Of a stretch of DNA of 64,000 bases, positions 49,443 to 61,260 are shown piece after piece (positions within the stretch are counted from its first letter, which is position 1; every line of letters begins with the position of its first letter). A model generated the notes under the pieces. The model did not search any database, was not told the DNA's origin, and saw only the letters and a list, made by a program, of their open reading frames with translations. Source of the stretch: Raja brachyura (Eukaryota); contig OY740808.1 in NCBI GenBank assembly GCA_963514005.1, positions 30,194,001-30,258,000 on the forward strand, read 5' to 3'. The translations under genes and the position numbers were made by a program.

Positions 49443-50402
49443 ATGGCTTAGTGGCCAAGTTCGCGGATGATACGAAGATATGTGGAAGGCCAGGTAGTGT
49501 TGAGGAAGTAGGGAGACTGCAGAAGGAATTGGACAGGTTGAGAGAGTGGGTAAAGAGGTGGCAGATGGAATATAGTGTTGCAAAGTGTGTGGTCATGGAC
49601 TTTAGTACTAGGAGTAAAGGCTTAGACTACTTTCTAAATACAGAGAGAATTCAGAAATTGGAGGTACAAAGGGACTTGGGAGTGCTTGTGCAGGATTCCC
49701 AACAGGTTAATTTGTAGGTTGAGTCAGCGATAAGGAAAGCAAATGCAATGCTAGCATTCAATTGGAGGAGATTAAAATATAAAGGCAAGGATGTAATGCT
49801 GAGGCTTTTATCAGGCGCTGGTGATGCCACATTCGGAATATTGCGAGCCGTTTTTGCCCCCATATCTGAGGAAGGATGTGCTGGCTTTGGAGGGGGTTCA
49901 GAAGGGGCTTACAAGAATGATCTAATAGATGATTGAGTTAACATTGAGAAACATTTGATGACTTTGGGTCTGTACTTGTAGAATTGAGAAAGATGTGGAA
50001 AGCATCTCATTGAAATCTACTGGATAATGAAAGGCCTGGTGGACTTTCAGAGAGTGATTTATAGAGTGTCTGGGGAAAAGATGTTTCCAGTAATGGGAGA
50101 GTCTACAACCAAACACACTTCCTCAGAATAAAAGAATGGACAAAAGGAGGAATTTCTTTAATAAGAGGGTGGCGATCCGTGGAATTCATTAGCACAGACA
50201 GCTGTAGAGGCCAAGATATTGGGTATTTTAAAGCAGAGATTGCTAGATTCTTGATTAGTAAAAATGTCAAAGGTTATGGGAGAAGATAGGGGCATGGGAT
50301 TGAGAGGGAAAAGCAGATCAGCCATAATTGAATCGCAGAGCAGAGTTGACGGGCTGAAAAGCCTAATTCTGCTCCTATGCCATATGGTAATGAATCTTAT
50401 GG
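49443..50402 (+). mobile_element. CR1 LINE RT-to-3' fragment
   Basis: VAKFADDTKI...LQKELDRLREWVKRWQMEY...RDLGVLV; 3'UTR ending CTGCTCCTATG. Confidence 0.9.
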
Positions 50403-51246
50403 TGTGCAATCTTTGATGAAAATTTAATGTTTCAGTGATTACAACGGATTTTGAATGCAACGCAATTTAACTCAATGGTATGAATAAAGATGTAGTAAAC
50501 AATTTTAAAGATAGCAAAGGTAAGTATAAAAAAAGGATGAAAATTAGGAAAGAACATATGGAGCAAAATGAATAGCAAATGTTAATGCAAATTCAACAGT
50601 TTGTACAATGTTTTGATACTCAAGACATCTATAAAATTGGACAAAGTAATCAAAAATAGATATTTGTAATTAATTAAATGCCTTGTTCATCAAATTATTA
50701 TTGAAACTATAACAGAGTGTTACTTAACTGTGTGTTATATGCTAGTTGGAGTCTAGTAATATAATCTATTGTATAATTTACAATGTTATCACACATTATC
50801 TTTTTAATTTGTAGCTTCTAGCTACTCAGAATGAGTAAGAAAAGGGTGATGGAAAAGTTAACAATGGATATTAACATGGGAAGTGGCAGTAACCATTTTA
50901 GCAGTTTTAAGTTGATTAATTTTATGCCCTTTCACATACAGGGGTTGTCAAAAAGTCAAATTTATTTTGGGTAATATTGACTGTCAAGGATCATTGGATT
51001 AGTCAAGAGTCAAGTCAAGAGTATTTTATTGTCATATGTCCCAGATAGGACAATGAAATTCTTACTTGCTGCAGCACAACAGAATATTTAAACACAGTAC
51101 AACAATCAGCTATGATCTGCATTTATAGACACCAAAACTATAATCTAGAATGTAAAGACATTTCATCTAATTTCTTAAAATGTTGGGCATTTAATTATGG
51201 AAACAGAAAGACGATTAGATTTCTGATAGGGGTTATCTATATATAA

Positions 51247-51454
51247 NNNNNNNNNNNNNNNNNNNNNNNNNNNNNNNNNNNNNNNNNNNNNNNNNNNNNN
51301 NNNNNNNNNNNNNNNNNNNNNNNNNNNNNNNNNNNNNNNNNNNNNNNNNNNNNNNNNNNNNNNNNNNNNNNNNNNNNNNNNNNNNNNNNNNNNNNNNNNN
51401 NNNNNNNNNNNNNNNNNNNNNNNNNNNNNNNNNNNNNNNNNNNNNNNNNNNNNN
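51247..51454. other. Assembly gap (208 N)
   Basis: Run of N. Confidence 1.
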
Positions 51455-51876
51455 GGAACTATGCCAAAACGGCACACAATAGCGGTACAATGTTCGGCCC
51501 ATCTTACTAACCATTGTCCTGTGGTGTGTTTTTTATCAGGTTTCTTTTAGATTGATGGTATATTTTACATTATTCACATTTTAAACTTTATAAAATCCAG
51601 TTTGATAAAAATCTTTCTTTTGCAATGGCAGTTAGCAGCGTATGATGTCACAATGGGATCTGATCAACATAAACTGCCCGTCAGCAGTGTTCCACTCCAC
51701 AATATCACAATGGGATCTTATTTACATTAAAAAAACGTCAGTTTTAAAAAACACAGCAGCATTCATTCAGATTGATGTTATATTTTACACGTTATTCACA
51801 TTTTAAACTTTAAAAAAATTAACTTTTCTTAAAAAAAAATCAAACTTTAACTTTAAAACAATGTTACCAAATGACA

Positions 51877-51971
51877 GGGTACACAAAAGGCTGGAGAAAC
51901 TCAGCGGGTGCAGTATCATCTAAGGAGCGGAGGAGATGGGCGACGTTTCGTGTCGAGACCCTTCTTCAGAC
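51877..51971 (-). mobile_element. Penelope-derived half-element nested in the Helitron
   Basis: Same subfamily as 42468-42566; imperfect TSD CCAAATGACA / CCAAATACCA. Confidence 0.8.
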
Positions 51972-53924
51972 CCCAAATACCAGAACATCCAGAGCAATGA
52001 GAGATTTGTTACATTGTTGTAAGGAGAGGCAGTGGGGGAGGGGAAACAGGACTCCCAGTGCAATGAGAGATGTGTTACATTGTTGTAAGGAGAGGGAGGG
52101 AGTGGGGGAGGGGAGGAGTAGAAATGGTATTTAAACATTGTGTTTAATTAAACATTGTAAACAAGGCGACTCCGGATTGTCAAAGCTGCCACAGACATAA
52201 AACCAGTTTTTATCCATGAGTAGTTCCTCTGCTCAACAGCCAAAAATCTGTAGCCCCCCTTTGATCTGTTGTTTTTTGTTGGTTCGCATGCTTAATCTAT
52301 GGTGTTTTATCATTAATGTTTTATTATTATTAATGTTTAGTGTTTTCGGAGTCATTCGTAACTGTCACTGTATATCATGTTGTTACTTGTGGGCGGAGCA
52401 CCAAGGCAAATTCCTTGTATGTGAATACTTGGCCAATAAACTAACTAACCTACTTAGTGGGGGAGTGGGATAGGGGAGAGGTGAGGAGTGGGGGAAGCAG
52501 GGATATAGAGGGAGAGGAGGGGTAGGAAAGGGAGAAGGGTTATGGAGGGACGGAGTGACTGAGCATAAGGGAAAGGAGAGGAAGCGAGAGGTGAGGGAGG
52601 GAGTGGGGGAGGGGAGGAGGAGAGGGGAAAGAAGAGGGAGGGTGAAGAGGAGGGGGATGGAGTGCTGGGGGATGAGGAGAAATGGGCTATGGGTGAGTGG
52701 TGGAATATTGCCTTGGGGGATTGGGTTGCATTGTGGGAACGGGTGAGTGGTGGAATATTGCGTTGGCGGAACGAGGCCCAATGGGTCCCACTTGGTCTAG
52801 TCTAACTTAAAGCTTAAACTGTATTTGTTTAAACATCATAAATCAGACTCTGTAGGGTTTCTGCATTATCACGTGTCTGATTTATAGGTGTACATTCAAC
52901 TGCCCTCGCATCACACTTGCTGGGGCCCTGGACAACACAATTTATTTAGCTGTGGTTCCAAGCACAGTCTTTTGCTGTGAGGCTGGCTACAAACACATTA
53001 GTACACTGCAGGGTTTCTCCTAGCACACATTTAAAATCAGCGTTAAAAATATTACAATGATTAAAATTAAGAATTAATGAGATCTTTCCCATTCTTTTGA
53101 AAGTCAGCCATTTTTATTAAACAACTCCTTTGAAAAGAACCTCTAAATGAACTTGATTTAAAAACTAGATTTGGCACCATTTTTTCTTTTACAATGTCAT
53201 AAGAGATCAACTAGCAAAGTAGGAAAAAACAGGCTTCACTTCCTGCCAACTTCTTAATAACAGATTATTGGGGCCACTCTCATTCTGGAAACTGCCTACT
53301 AAAATAGGAAAACAAAGACATTTAAAATAAACAATCAACAGTCCTTTGTTATGCAACTTCCTGAAGAGTCAAGAATATCAATCTTCACTTCTACCCAAAC
53401 TTTTGTAGTCAATCTATTGTACGTGATTGAATTTATGTATTCACATCTGATCTGTTTGGATAGAATGCAAAACAAAGTTTTTCACTGTACCTTGGTACAC
53501 TTGACAGTAATAAACCCAAACCTTACATTATCCCCTATTGGTTCTCAATGCACAATGCTGTAAAATTGTCTTCTCAATTCCTAATATCTCAAATCCGAAT
53601 AGGCCAAAAATGGTGTCATTCACCTTCTTATTATTAGATTAAGAAACAAAATAAATAAACATAGCTAACAAATTAATCATTGTAAAATATTTAACAGCAA
53701 TGATGGTCACAAATTGCAAGCTTATAACAATTAAGCACAACAAATTAACCATAAAATTAATACTAACCCATCTCCAATACCCAGAAATGCAGTCTGATTG
53801 TTCAGACAATATTGATTAGTGTCCAGCTGATAGTCTCAAGATCTGGAAATATATGTTTCTCTACATCTATTTTCTCTATTAGGACATTCCTTAAGGTCTG
53901 CTGCTTGGTTTTCCACCCTCATAC

Positions 53925-53961
53925 CATAAATCGTTCACCATCAGTTTTGTGTCTTATAATA
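53925..53961 (-). CDS. Weak candidate internal exon (x)IIRHKTDGERFM
   Basis: tttgcag / ATG|GTATGA boundaries; phase-0 end is compatible with 48361-48418; poor polypyrimidine tract. Confidence 0.15.
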
Positions 53962-54106
53962 CTGCAAAGCATTTTGTGATATTTTGATTATATTAAGGGC
54001 ATAATGTAACTGGAAGATGCTATTGACATAGACAACATTGATAGCATATGCTCTGACTCGCCACTACATACATACAGGTATTTACAAACACCAAAAGACA
54101 TTGGCA

Positions 54107-54312
54107 GGTAGACCAAAATGCTGGAGAAATTCAGCGGGTGAGGCAGCATCTATGGAGCGAAGGAAATAGGCGACGTTTCGGGTCGAGAAGGGTCTCGACC
54201 CGAAACGTCGCCTATTTTCTTTGCTCCATAGATGCTGCCTCATCCGCTGAGGTTCTCCAGCATTTTTGTCTGCCTTCGACTTTCCAGCATCTGCAGTTCC
54301 TTTTTAAACAAC
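54107..54312 (+). mobile_element. Palindromic Penelope-derived element with tail, 11-bp TSD
   Basis: Inverted arms meet at GGTCGAGAAGGGTCTCGACCCGAAACGTC (CTGA core missing); TSD AGACATTGGCA at 54096-54106 and 54313-54323. Confidence 0.88.
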
Positions 54313-55599
54313 AGACATTGGCATATTACATGGTAAAGTATTTCTGTCTTTCGGAAGTGCAAGCACAAATTAATTTAGTGCATAACACATGTTAGGCATT
54401 AAAAAGACATGGCTGCACGATAATAAGGACAGGGTCAAGGTAAAGGAAAATGGTCAAGGGAGGTGTAGCCATGGTGATCAAGAGAGGCCTATTTCAATTA
54501 AGGCGACAAAATGAGGAGTAAATAGGAAGTGGAGACTGTCATTAGAACAGCCTAACATCCATGGCTGGGAAATTATCAGAGTCAATAATTAAGGACTGAA
54601 CACTTTAAAATTTGGTGAGAGTCTGCATTGAATTGTTAATAGAAGGTCACGATTAACACAACCGATTGATTTTTTTTGAAGAAGAAGTGGCAATTGTCGA
54701 CAGGGGAATGGTTTCTGTTGTTTCATATAGAATACCAGAAGACATTTGAAAGAGTCCATCATAAGACTACTAGCCGACATTAAAGTGTAATGAAAACAAA
54801 ACTTTGACTAGGTGAAGAAACATAATGGAAATCAGAGGGGGAAAAAAAAACAGAAAACTCAAATCAACGAATTTGATATGTTCACTTTTTAATTATAAAT
54901 ACTGGTATATTCTGAGCACTGGGCCAACAGTACTGCATTTATAAACAACCAAATGTTTATGGGCCAGAAAACCATACATCTTAGTTTGCTAATGACACAA
55001 GGATTAGCAGGATTGCAAGCTCTGCAGATGGAAGAATGGAAAGAGCAAAGTGCTATTAACAAATAAAGCAATCAAGCAAAATTATGGTAAATGTATATCA
55101 ATAAAAGCCAAGGTAAAAATCAACCTATTTGAACCTAAAATGATAAAGTGCACAATTTTCTAAATTGTGAAATAATTAGACAGTAGAGTCTTTAGACACT
55201 GTATCTGACCACTTGGGTCATCAACTATTAGGGGTAGTGCAAAAATTAAACAATCCACATAGTTGTCTTTATATAAGTCGTGGAAGACAGATTATGCAAG
55301 GATACAAGCTATGCTGCAACAATGAAGAGTCTTAGCTGATGGAGGAAGCAAACTGCATCAAATTTCATAAAGGATTAGTTTCCTTATACTTGGGACACAA
55401 ATGTCGCTGGATTTAATGGCAATTACTGGTTACTTTTGAGAAACGTATAATAACCCACCATCCTGCAACACTTAGAGTGGAAGGTTTCCTATGGTCCTAG
55501 ATTCTGAGCCATTTAAATAACAGTAGTCAACAGTAATAGTATAACAATTAGAGGAGATGTGTAAGTTCGAACGGGCTTGATGCCCTTTTTCATCTAGTT

Positions 55600-57260
55600 A
55601 GTACAGAATAATATAAAGAATTTATGACGCAGGCGGTGGTCATTCAGCCCGTCATGTCCATGCCACCAAAAAATGGACTATGGGTGAATCCCACTTGATG
55701 TATCCCTGATCCACGATACCGCAGACTATGGCTCTTCAGGTGTTCATACAGACTCTTTTGAAATGTGGCAAGGGCTTCTCCTTCTTTTGTGTTTTCAGAC
55801 AGTAAGGTCAAGGCAGCCACCATTCAATTTCTTCAACTTCCCTTTTAAAATTAACAAACCCCCAAACCTTCTGGTTTCTGATGTATCTCTATCCAGAGAA
55901 GTAATCCCCTTCTGTTCACCATATTTAGGCTGTCCATAATCTTAAATAATTCAAATTGTCACTCAGTCTCCTGTTTTCCCCAATGCAAACATCCTAACCT
56001 GGGCTTTCTTAACTCGTATCCGTAATTTTCAAGCCCTGACAAAAGTCTTCAAAGTCCCTGATTATGCAACTCAGGATCCATAGGCTTTTTTTGTGCTTTC
56101 ATAACCTTTGTGTGGAGTGGTGATCCAAAATGAGCACAGTACTTTAACAAATGTTCAATGTTTTATACTGTACTCGCATGAGCTCCCTGGTCTTGACTTC
56201 TATGTTTCAACCAATTGAGGCAAATGGCCTATCACTGCCTTTTCTGCCTGTCCTGCTATCTACAGGGGTTTGTGAAGAAGCACACCAAGTTCCCTGCATG
56301 ATTGGTTTTTCACGTATTATCTTCTCCTTTTCCCCTCCCTGATACATTTCAATCCAGATAAATGAGAAGTAATGTAACTGTTCCATTGTTATCCTCTTAT
56401 AGTTCATAACTTTCTCTCCCACTATCAATCAGTTTTAATTTTAGTACTTTTTTTGAACTTCTTAATTGTGGCCCTTCCATTTACGTCCAAATCAATTATG
56501 AAAAACAAGGGGCCCTTGTACCGACTCGTATGAAGTCTCATTGCTCTTCAGTCTCAAAGACTCCTGTTGATCATACACATAGGATTTCCACAACTCGCCA
56601 CTTTCCCTTGGATACTCGTATACCTTACTGAGAATTCTAATAAATGCTGTAGTCAGAACTGTGTACAATACTTCAAAGCTTTATCCTCATCAATGCATCT
56701 TGTTATGTCCTAAAAAAATCAATTAAGTTAGTCAGATATGAATTTCCCCTAACAAATCCACACTGACTGCTCTTGATAACCTGTGCCTGTCTAAATTCTG
56801 ATTTATACATTCCCTTAGATTTTTTTCAACAATTTGCCCGCTACCAATGTCAGATTGATTGGCTTGTAATTACAAGGTCTATCCTTTCCTCCCTTCTTAA
56901 ACTATAGTACCACATCAGCAGCCTTCCAATCTGTGCAACTCTGCCTGAAACTACAGAACATTGAAAAAATGTAGTAAAAAACTTTGCTAGTTCCCCCCTT
57001 ACTTATTTTAGGGATCTGGGGTGTGATTTTTCCACTCTTAAAAAAAGGAACTCCTTGCATATGTTCTCTCTTTTTTATCCTTTCTATTACTTCACATTAT
57101 ATCTTCTTAATGTCATCATCATCATCCCTTTCTACTGTTAAGACAGACGGAAAGTATTCACTGGGAACATATATGACTTCCAGGCCTCCAAACTCAAACT
57201 GCCATTGTGGCCTCTGGTAGGGCATACTGTTTCTTACTTATCCTCCTTTCCTTTTATTAA
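55600..57260 (-). mobile_element. Ancient CR1 LINE
   Basis: Decayed 3' end (GGTCATTCAGCCC) and RT-region remnants (GFVRGNSYLTNLIDFF on the minus strand at about 56710-56760). Confidence 0.6.
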
Positions 57261-58448
57261 GAACATCTTAGGTTTTTTCTCGACTGAGAGTTGAGAATAA
57301 ATCCTGCAATTAAATCTGCAGCAGGGTGATGCTGGGGGAAAACAGTTTTGAGCAAGTTACTAGTGAATAATAGCCGGTTGTTATTTTGCAATTCTTCCCC
57401 CAATTTGCCAGCGAGTAGGAATATATTAATGCAGCAGAAATTGCCTGGAATTATGTGTCCTGTGATTTGAGGACAAGTCTGGGCAATTTTCCATTTTGCC
57501 AGTTAGAGATGTTGTTAATTGTTTCCAACCTGGATAGAAATGATGCTCTTCCAGAGCACATGACCTTCATCGCCAGAGTCAGGTCACTGTCAAGGTTCAC
57601 AGACTTTGCAATATCCAATGCACCCGGACATATCCTGATACCATCTATGGAGCTGGGTTAAGACTGGCATTTGTTGTGGAGAAAGTCTCAAAAGAAGGCA
57701 GAGACGGATGATCCATACAGCTTTTCTGGGTGAAAGTGGCTCCAAAGGCTTCCAATTTGATTTCTGCACTCACACTTTAGCTGTGCCTTTATGGAGAATG
57801 TAATGTTTAAGATATTTTCCCAAACAGAAATGCAAAATTAGTTAGAATTGAATAAAAAACTGCCATTCTAGAAAATGATAAAACATTACATAAATCCTGG
57901 TACAAATCTTAAAATTAATTTCAGAAGAGAATAATGGAGTACCAATTTTAATATTCAGCTTGGCACATGAAATCTGAGCATAGATTGAGGATAGAACTGA
58001 TAAAATAATGAAAGAGGATAGAACTGAGCAGAACATGTCACGTTTTATGTAAAAATATTTCTGGGGTGTACTGAAAGTTAGTCACAATACATTTTACGCT
58101 TGCTTTGAACCGAAGGTCGGTGGAATTATGTAATCTATTCCAACAGTTTTGGTTGCAACTGTTCCCATGGTTATTGTCGCAGATGTCAGATTGGTCTACA
58201 CAAGAATGAACCCATGGAAGGTAACTAGCTCTGTTGGAGTCCACGGCCGTGTTCACAGGACCTGCGGGGAACCAAATGGGAGGAGGATTTATAACATCTT
58301 TAGCCTCTTTCTACTCCATTCTCAGGTTCCCTCTTGCTTTAAGAAGATCAATACCATTCCCGTGCTACAGAGGCGCAAGGTGGTGTGTCTTGATGACTAC
58401 TGTCGAATGCTTTGACATTTACCACCATGACATGCTTTGAGAGACTGA

Positions 58449-58921
58449 ATTCCAGACTGATTCCAGGGATGGCAGGACTTCCATATGAAGAAAGACTGGA
58501 TAGACTTGGCTTGTACTCGCTGGAATTTAGGAGACTGAGGGGGGATCTTACAGGGGCTTACAAAATTCTTAAGGGTTTGGACAGGCTAGATGCAGGAAGA
58601 TTGTTCCCGATGTTGGGGAACTCCAGAACAAGGGGTCACAGTTTAAGGATAAAGGGGAAGTCTTTTAGGACCGAGATGAGAAGATCTTTTTTCACACAGA
58701 GAGTGGTGAGTCTGTGGAATTCTCTGCCGCAGAAGGTAGTTGAGGCCAGTTCATTGGCTATATTTAAGAGGGAGCTAGATGTGGCCCTTGTGGCTAAAGG
58801 GGGTATGGAGAGAAGGCAGGTACAGGATACTGAGTTGGATGATCAGCCATGATCATATTGAATGGCGGTGCAGGCTTGAAGGGCCGAATGGCCTACTCCT
58901 GCACCTATTTTCTATGATTCT
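58449..58921 (+). mobile_element. Young 5'-truncated CR1/HER1 LINE nested in Rex1/Babar
   Basis: RLIPGMAGLPYEERLDRLGLYSLEFRRLRGDL...WNSLPQKVV, TTCTATGA tail, TSD-like TGAGAG(A/G)CTG. Confidence 0.92.
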
Positions 58922-59031
58922 ATGAGAGGCTGGTCATGACACACAATGGCATCTCCCCGACATACAGCCTTGATCTACTGTAGCTTGCTGACTGTTGCTA
59001 CAGGTTCATGGAAGACATCATCTCCCTGACC

Positions 59032-59134
59032 GACACAAAATGCTGGAGTAACTCAGCGCAACAGGCAACAGCTCTGGATAGAAGGAATGGGTGCCGTTTT
59101 GGGACAAGACCCTTCTTCAAACTCATCTCCAGAC
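59032..59134 (-). mobile_element. Penelope-derived half-element, 13-bp TSD with one mismatch
   Basis: CATCTCCCTGACC at 59019-59031 and CATCTCCCTGGCC at 59135-59147. Confidence 0.75.
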
Positions 59135-59877
59135 CATCTCCCTGGCCCTACACTCATAGCTGGAACATCTGGGTAACAAGGGCACTTACATCAGACTGCT
59201 ATTAATGACTATAGGTCTGACTACATCACCATAATCCCAACCAAACATCTCCATCTTCATCTCCAAACACTTGGAATCAGCAAATCCCTCTGCCACTGAA
59301 TCCTTGACTTCTTAATCCATTGACCACATTCAGTGAGGATAGGTGACAAAATATCCTTCATGATAATTCTCAAGGATGCTTCCTATACATTTTGCAGTCA
59401 GATTCTGCTCTAAATCCATTTACAACTTTGCAGATGATACCGCGTTGCGGGCCACATCTCAAACAACTACGAGACAAAGTACAGGAAGGAGATTGAGAAC
59501 TAAGTAACACGGTGCCACGACAACCTCTCCCTCAATGTCAACAAGATGAAGGAGGTAGTTACTGACTTCAGGAAACGAGGTGGTGTACATGCCCCAGTGA
59601 GCAACATGGCGCCAGAGTAGAGATGGTCAAGAGTTTCAAGTTCCTGGTCAAGAGCTTCAAATACCAACAATTTGTCCTGGACCAACAAAGTACAACAACA
59701 TTCCAACTTCCTCAGTAGAGGAAGAAAATTCAGCGTATCTCCAAGAACTCTTACCTACTTTTACAAATGACCTGTAGGAAACATCCTATCAGGATGCATC
59801 AGTTTGATTTGGCAATAGCTCAGCCCCACACAACTAGAAATTGCAGAGTGTTGTGGATGTAGCTCAGTCCAACACTG

Positions 59878-60180
59878 TGTAGTCAAGGTAGTTGTGGTAG
59901 TCAGTGGCGTTGTAGTAGATGATAGTTAATAGACTGTACCCTGAGATGGAGACAGGGAGAATGAGAAAATGGAGAGAGATGCCAAAGGTAATCCAAGGGA
60001 AACAGAGGGCAAGGTGGAAGATTGTGGTGAAGTTGATTTAATCAGCAAGTCCTGCACGGATGTAGATGCCGATGTAGCAGAGAACGAGAACATTTGGAAC
60101 GAGGAGAGTTCAATGCAACCAACAAAAGACAGGCATTTGCAAATGCCAATGGCTACATCTATGACTTGTAGAAAGTGAAA
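59878..60180 (-). pseudogene. Decayed Penelope-like reverse transcriptase fragment
   Basis: Minus-strand HFLQVIDVAIGI (GVAMG motif) and SLHFLILPVSISGYSLLTIIYYNATDYHNYLD (LPFLD...YxKPT...YL motif). Confidence 0.65.
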
Positions 60181-60511
60181 TTAAAATCAAACTTGTGCAT
60201 GTAACAATAAACTCAATTTGACTTGAATGACTGAAAGGTAGGAGGCCCCGAGCTGATTTAGACCCTTGCCTTTCCCAGGGTATTTTGTTCAGTCTGGGGT
60301 TCTTTGAATGTTGGACTATTTGGGAGGAACCAAATTTGGCGAATATCATTGTTTACCAAAAAGTAACTGCCAACAAGGTGGACTTAATTTCCACTTGGCC
60401 AACCAACATGAAAAATCTTGGTGATATCGCTTAGCTCTGTTCTTTAGTTGTGTTTGGGGAGCTGTTGAGGTCACTTCCCATTCCAAGCAAGGGTACTGTA
60501 TGTATGGGAAC

Positions 60512-60549
60512 CAAAGATCCTATAGCAGAGCAGAGCTATAGGATCTTTG
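60512..60549. mobile_element. 38-bp miniature TIR element with 8-bp TSD (P- or hAT-type signature)
   Basis: ATGGGAAC | CAAAGATCCTATAGC-AGAGCAGA-GCTATAGGATCTTTG | ATGGGAAC. Confidence 0.85.
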
Positions 60550-60959
60550 ATGGGAACTATCATCTCTCGAGTGTGAAACAAAGGAAGTGACTACATCATC
60601 ATCGGTAATGGCTGATGAACACAGAATGGAATGCACCGAGGGGTCCACCTACTGAACAAAGTAGGAACTGCGGCAGGCAGTTTCCTGACTGCATATTGTG
60701 CCTGCAAACAATTGGAAGATCCAGCTGACGGGCAGGGGTACATGAGATACTGGCTCCTTGAGTAGAGGAGATAAATCACATGACAGATGTGACAATTCAC
60801 TCAATAACACACGATTGGCATGAAGTCACTGTTCCCAATGTCCTGAAGTATGACTATTCAGTGTGCCCTCATCCTGCTGGTTCCATTGATATGGTACACT
60901 GTGCAAAATGGTTCAAAGCCTTTGCACAGGAGTTTTGTACAAACATGAGTACTGTGACA

Positions 60960-61260
60960 CAGCAGTTAAATCTGCAAGTAGCATTCTGGACGACTGATCC
61001 AGAGGCACAAGATCAAATCCTACCATGCCAGCTGTGACATTTAATTTCAAGTAATTAAACAAATCTAGATTTAAAGAACATTTCTGTAACGGTTATCATG
61101 AATTATTGAATTGGTGAAACACTGATCTGGTTCTCTAATGTTCTTCACTATCAGAAATCTTGCACCCTTACACAATCTGGCCCATATGGAACCCCAGACC
61201 CACTAGTGTGGTTGACTCTTAACTGTTCCCTCACTCCAGGAGCCACTAAAAGTCATTGCC
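60960..61260 (+). mobile_element. Old SINE remnant
   Basis: CTGGTTCTCTAATG...TCTGGCCCATATG...CCAGACCCACTAGTGTGGTTGACTCTTAACTG resembles a chondrichthyan SINE body as I recall it. Confidence 0.45.

Larger units (their letters stand above)
51236..52800 (+). mobile_element. Non-autonomous Helitron containing the assembly gap and nested inserts
   Basis: 5' A|TCTATATATAA; 3' subterminal hairpin GGCCC-AAT-GGGTC about 11 nt before CTAG|T; no TSD; several internal direct repeats. Confidence 0.75.
58130..59875 (+). mobile_element. Rex1/Babar-type LINE RT fragment, split by nested CR1 and Penelope-derived inserts
   Basis: VRLVYTRMNPWKV..GRVHRTC..NIFSLFLLHSQVPSCFKKINTIPV, TCFE|RLVMTH, YNFADDT, NLSLNVNKMKEVVTDFRK. 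Confidence 0.8.

Noticed and set aside
51175-51514. ORFs across the N run
   Set aside because: Artefacts of the assembly gap.
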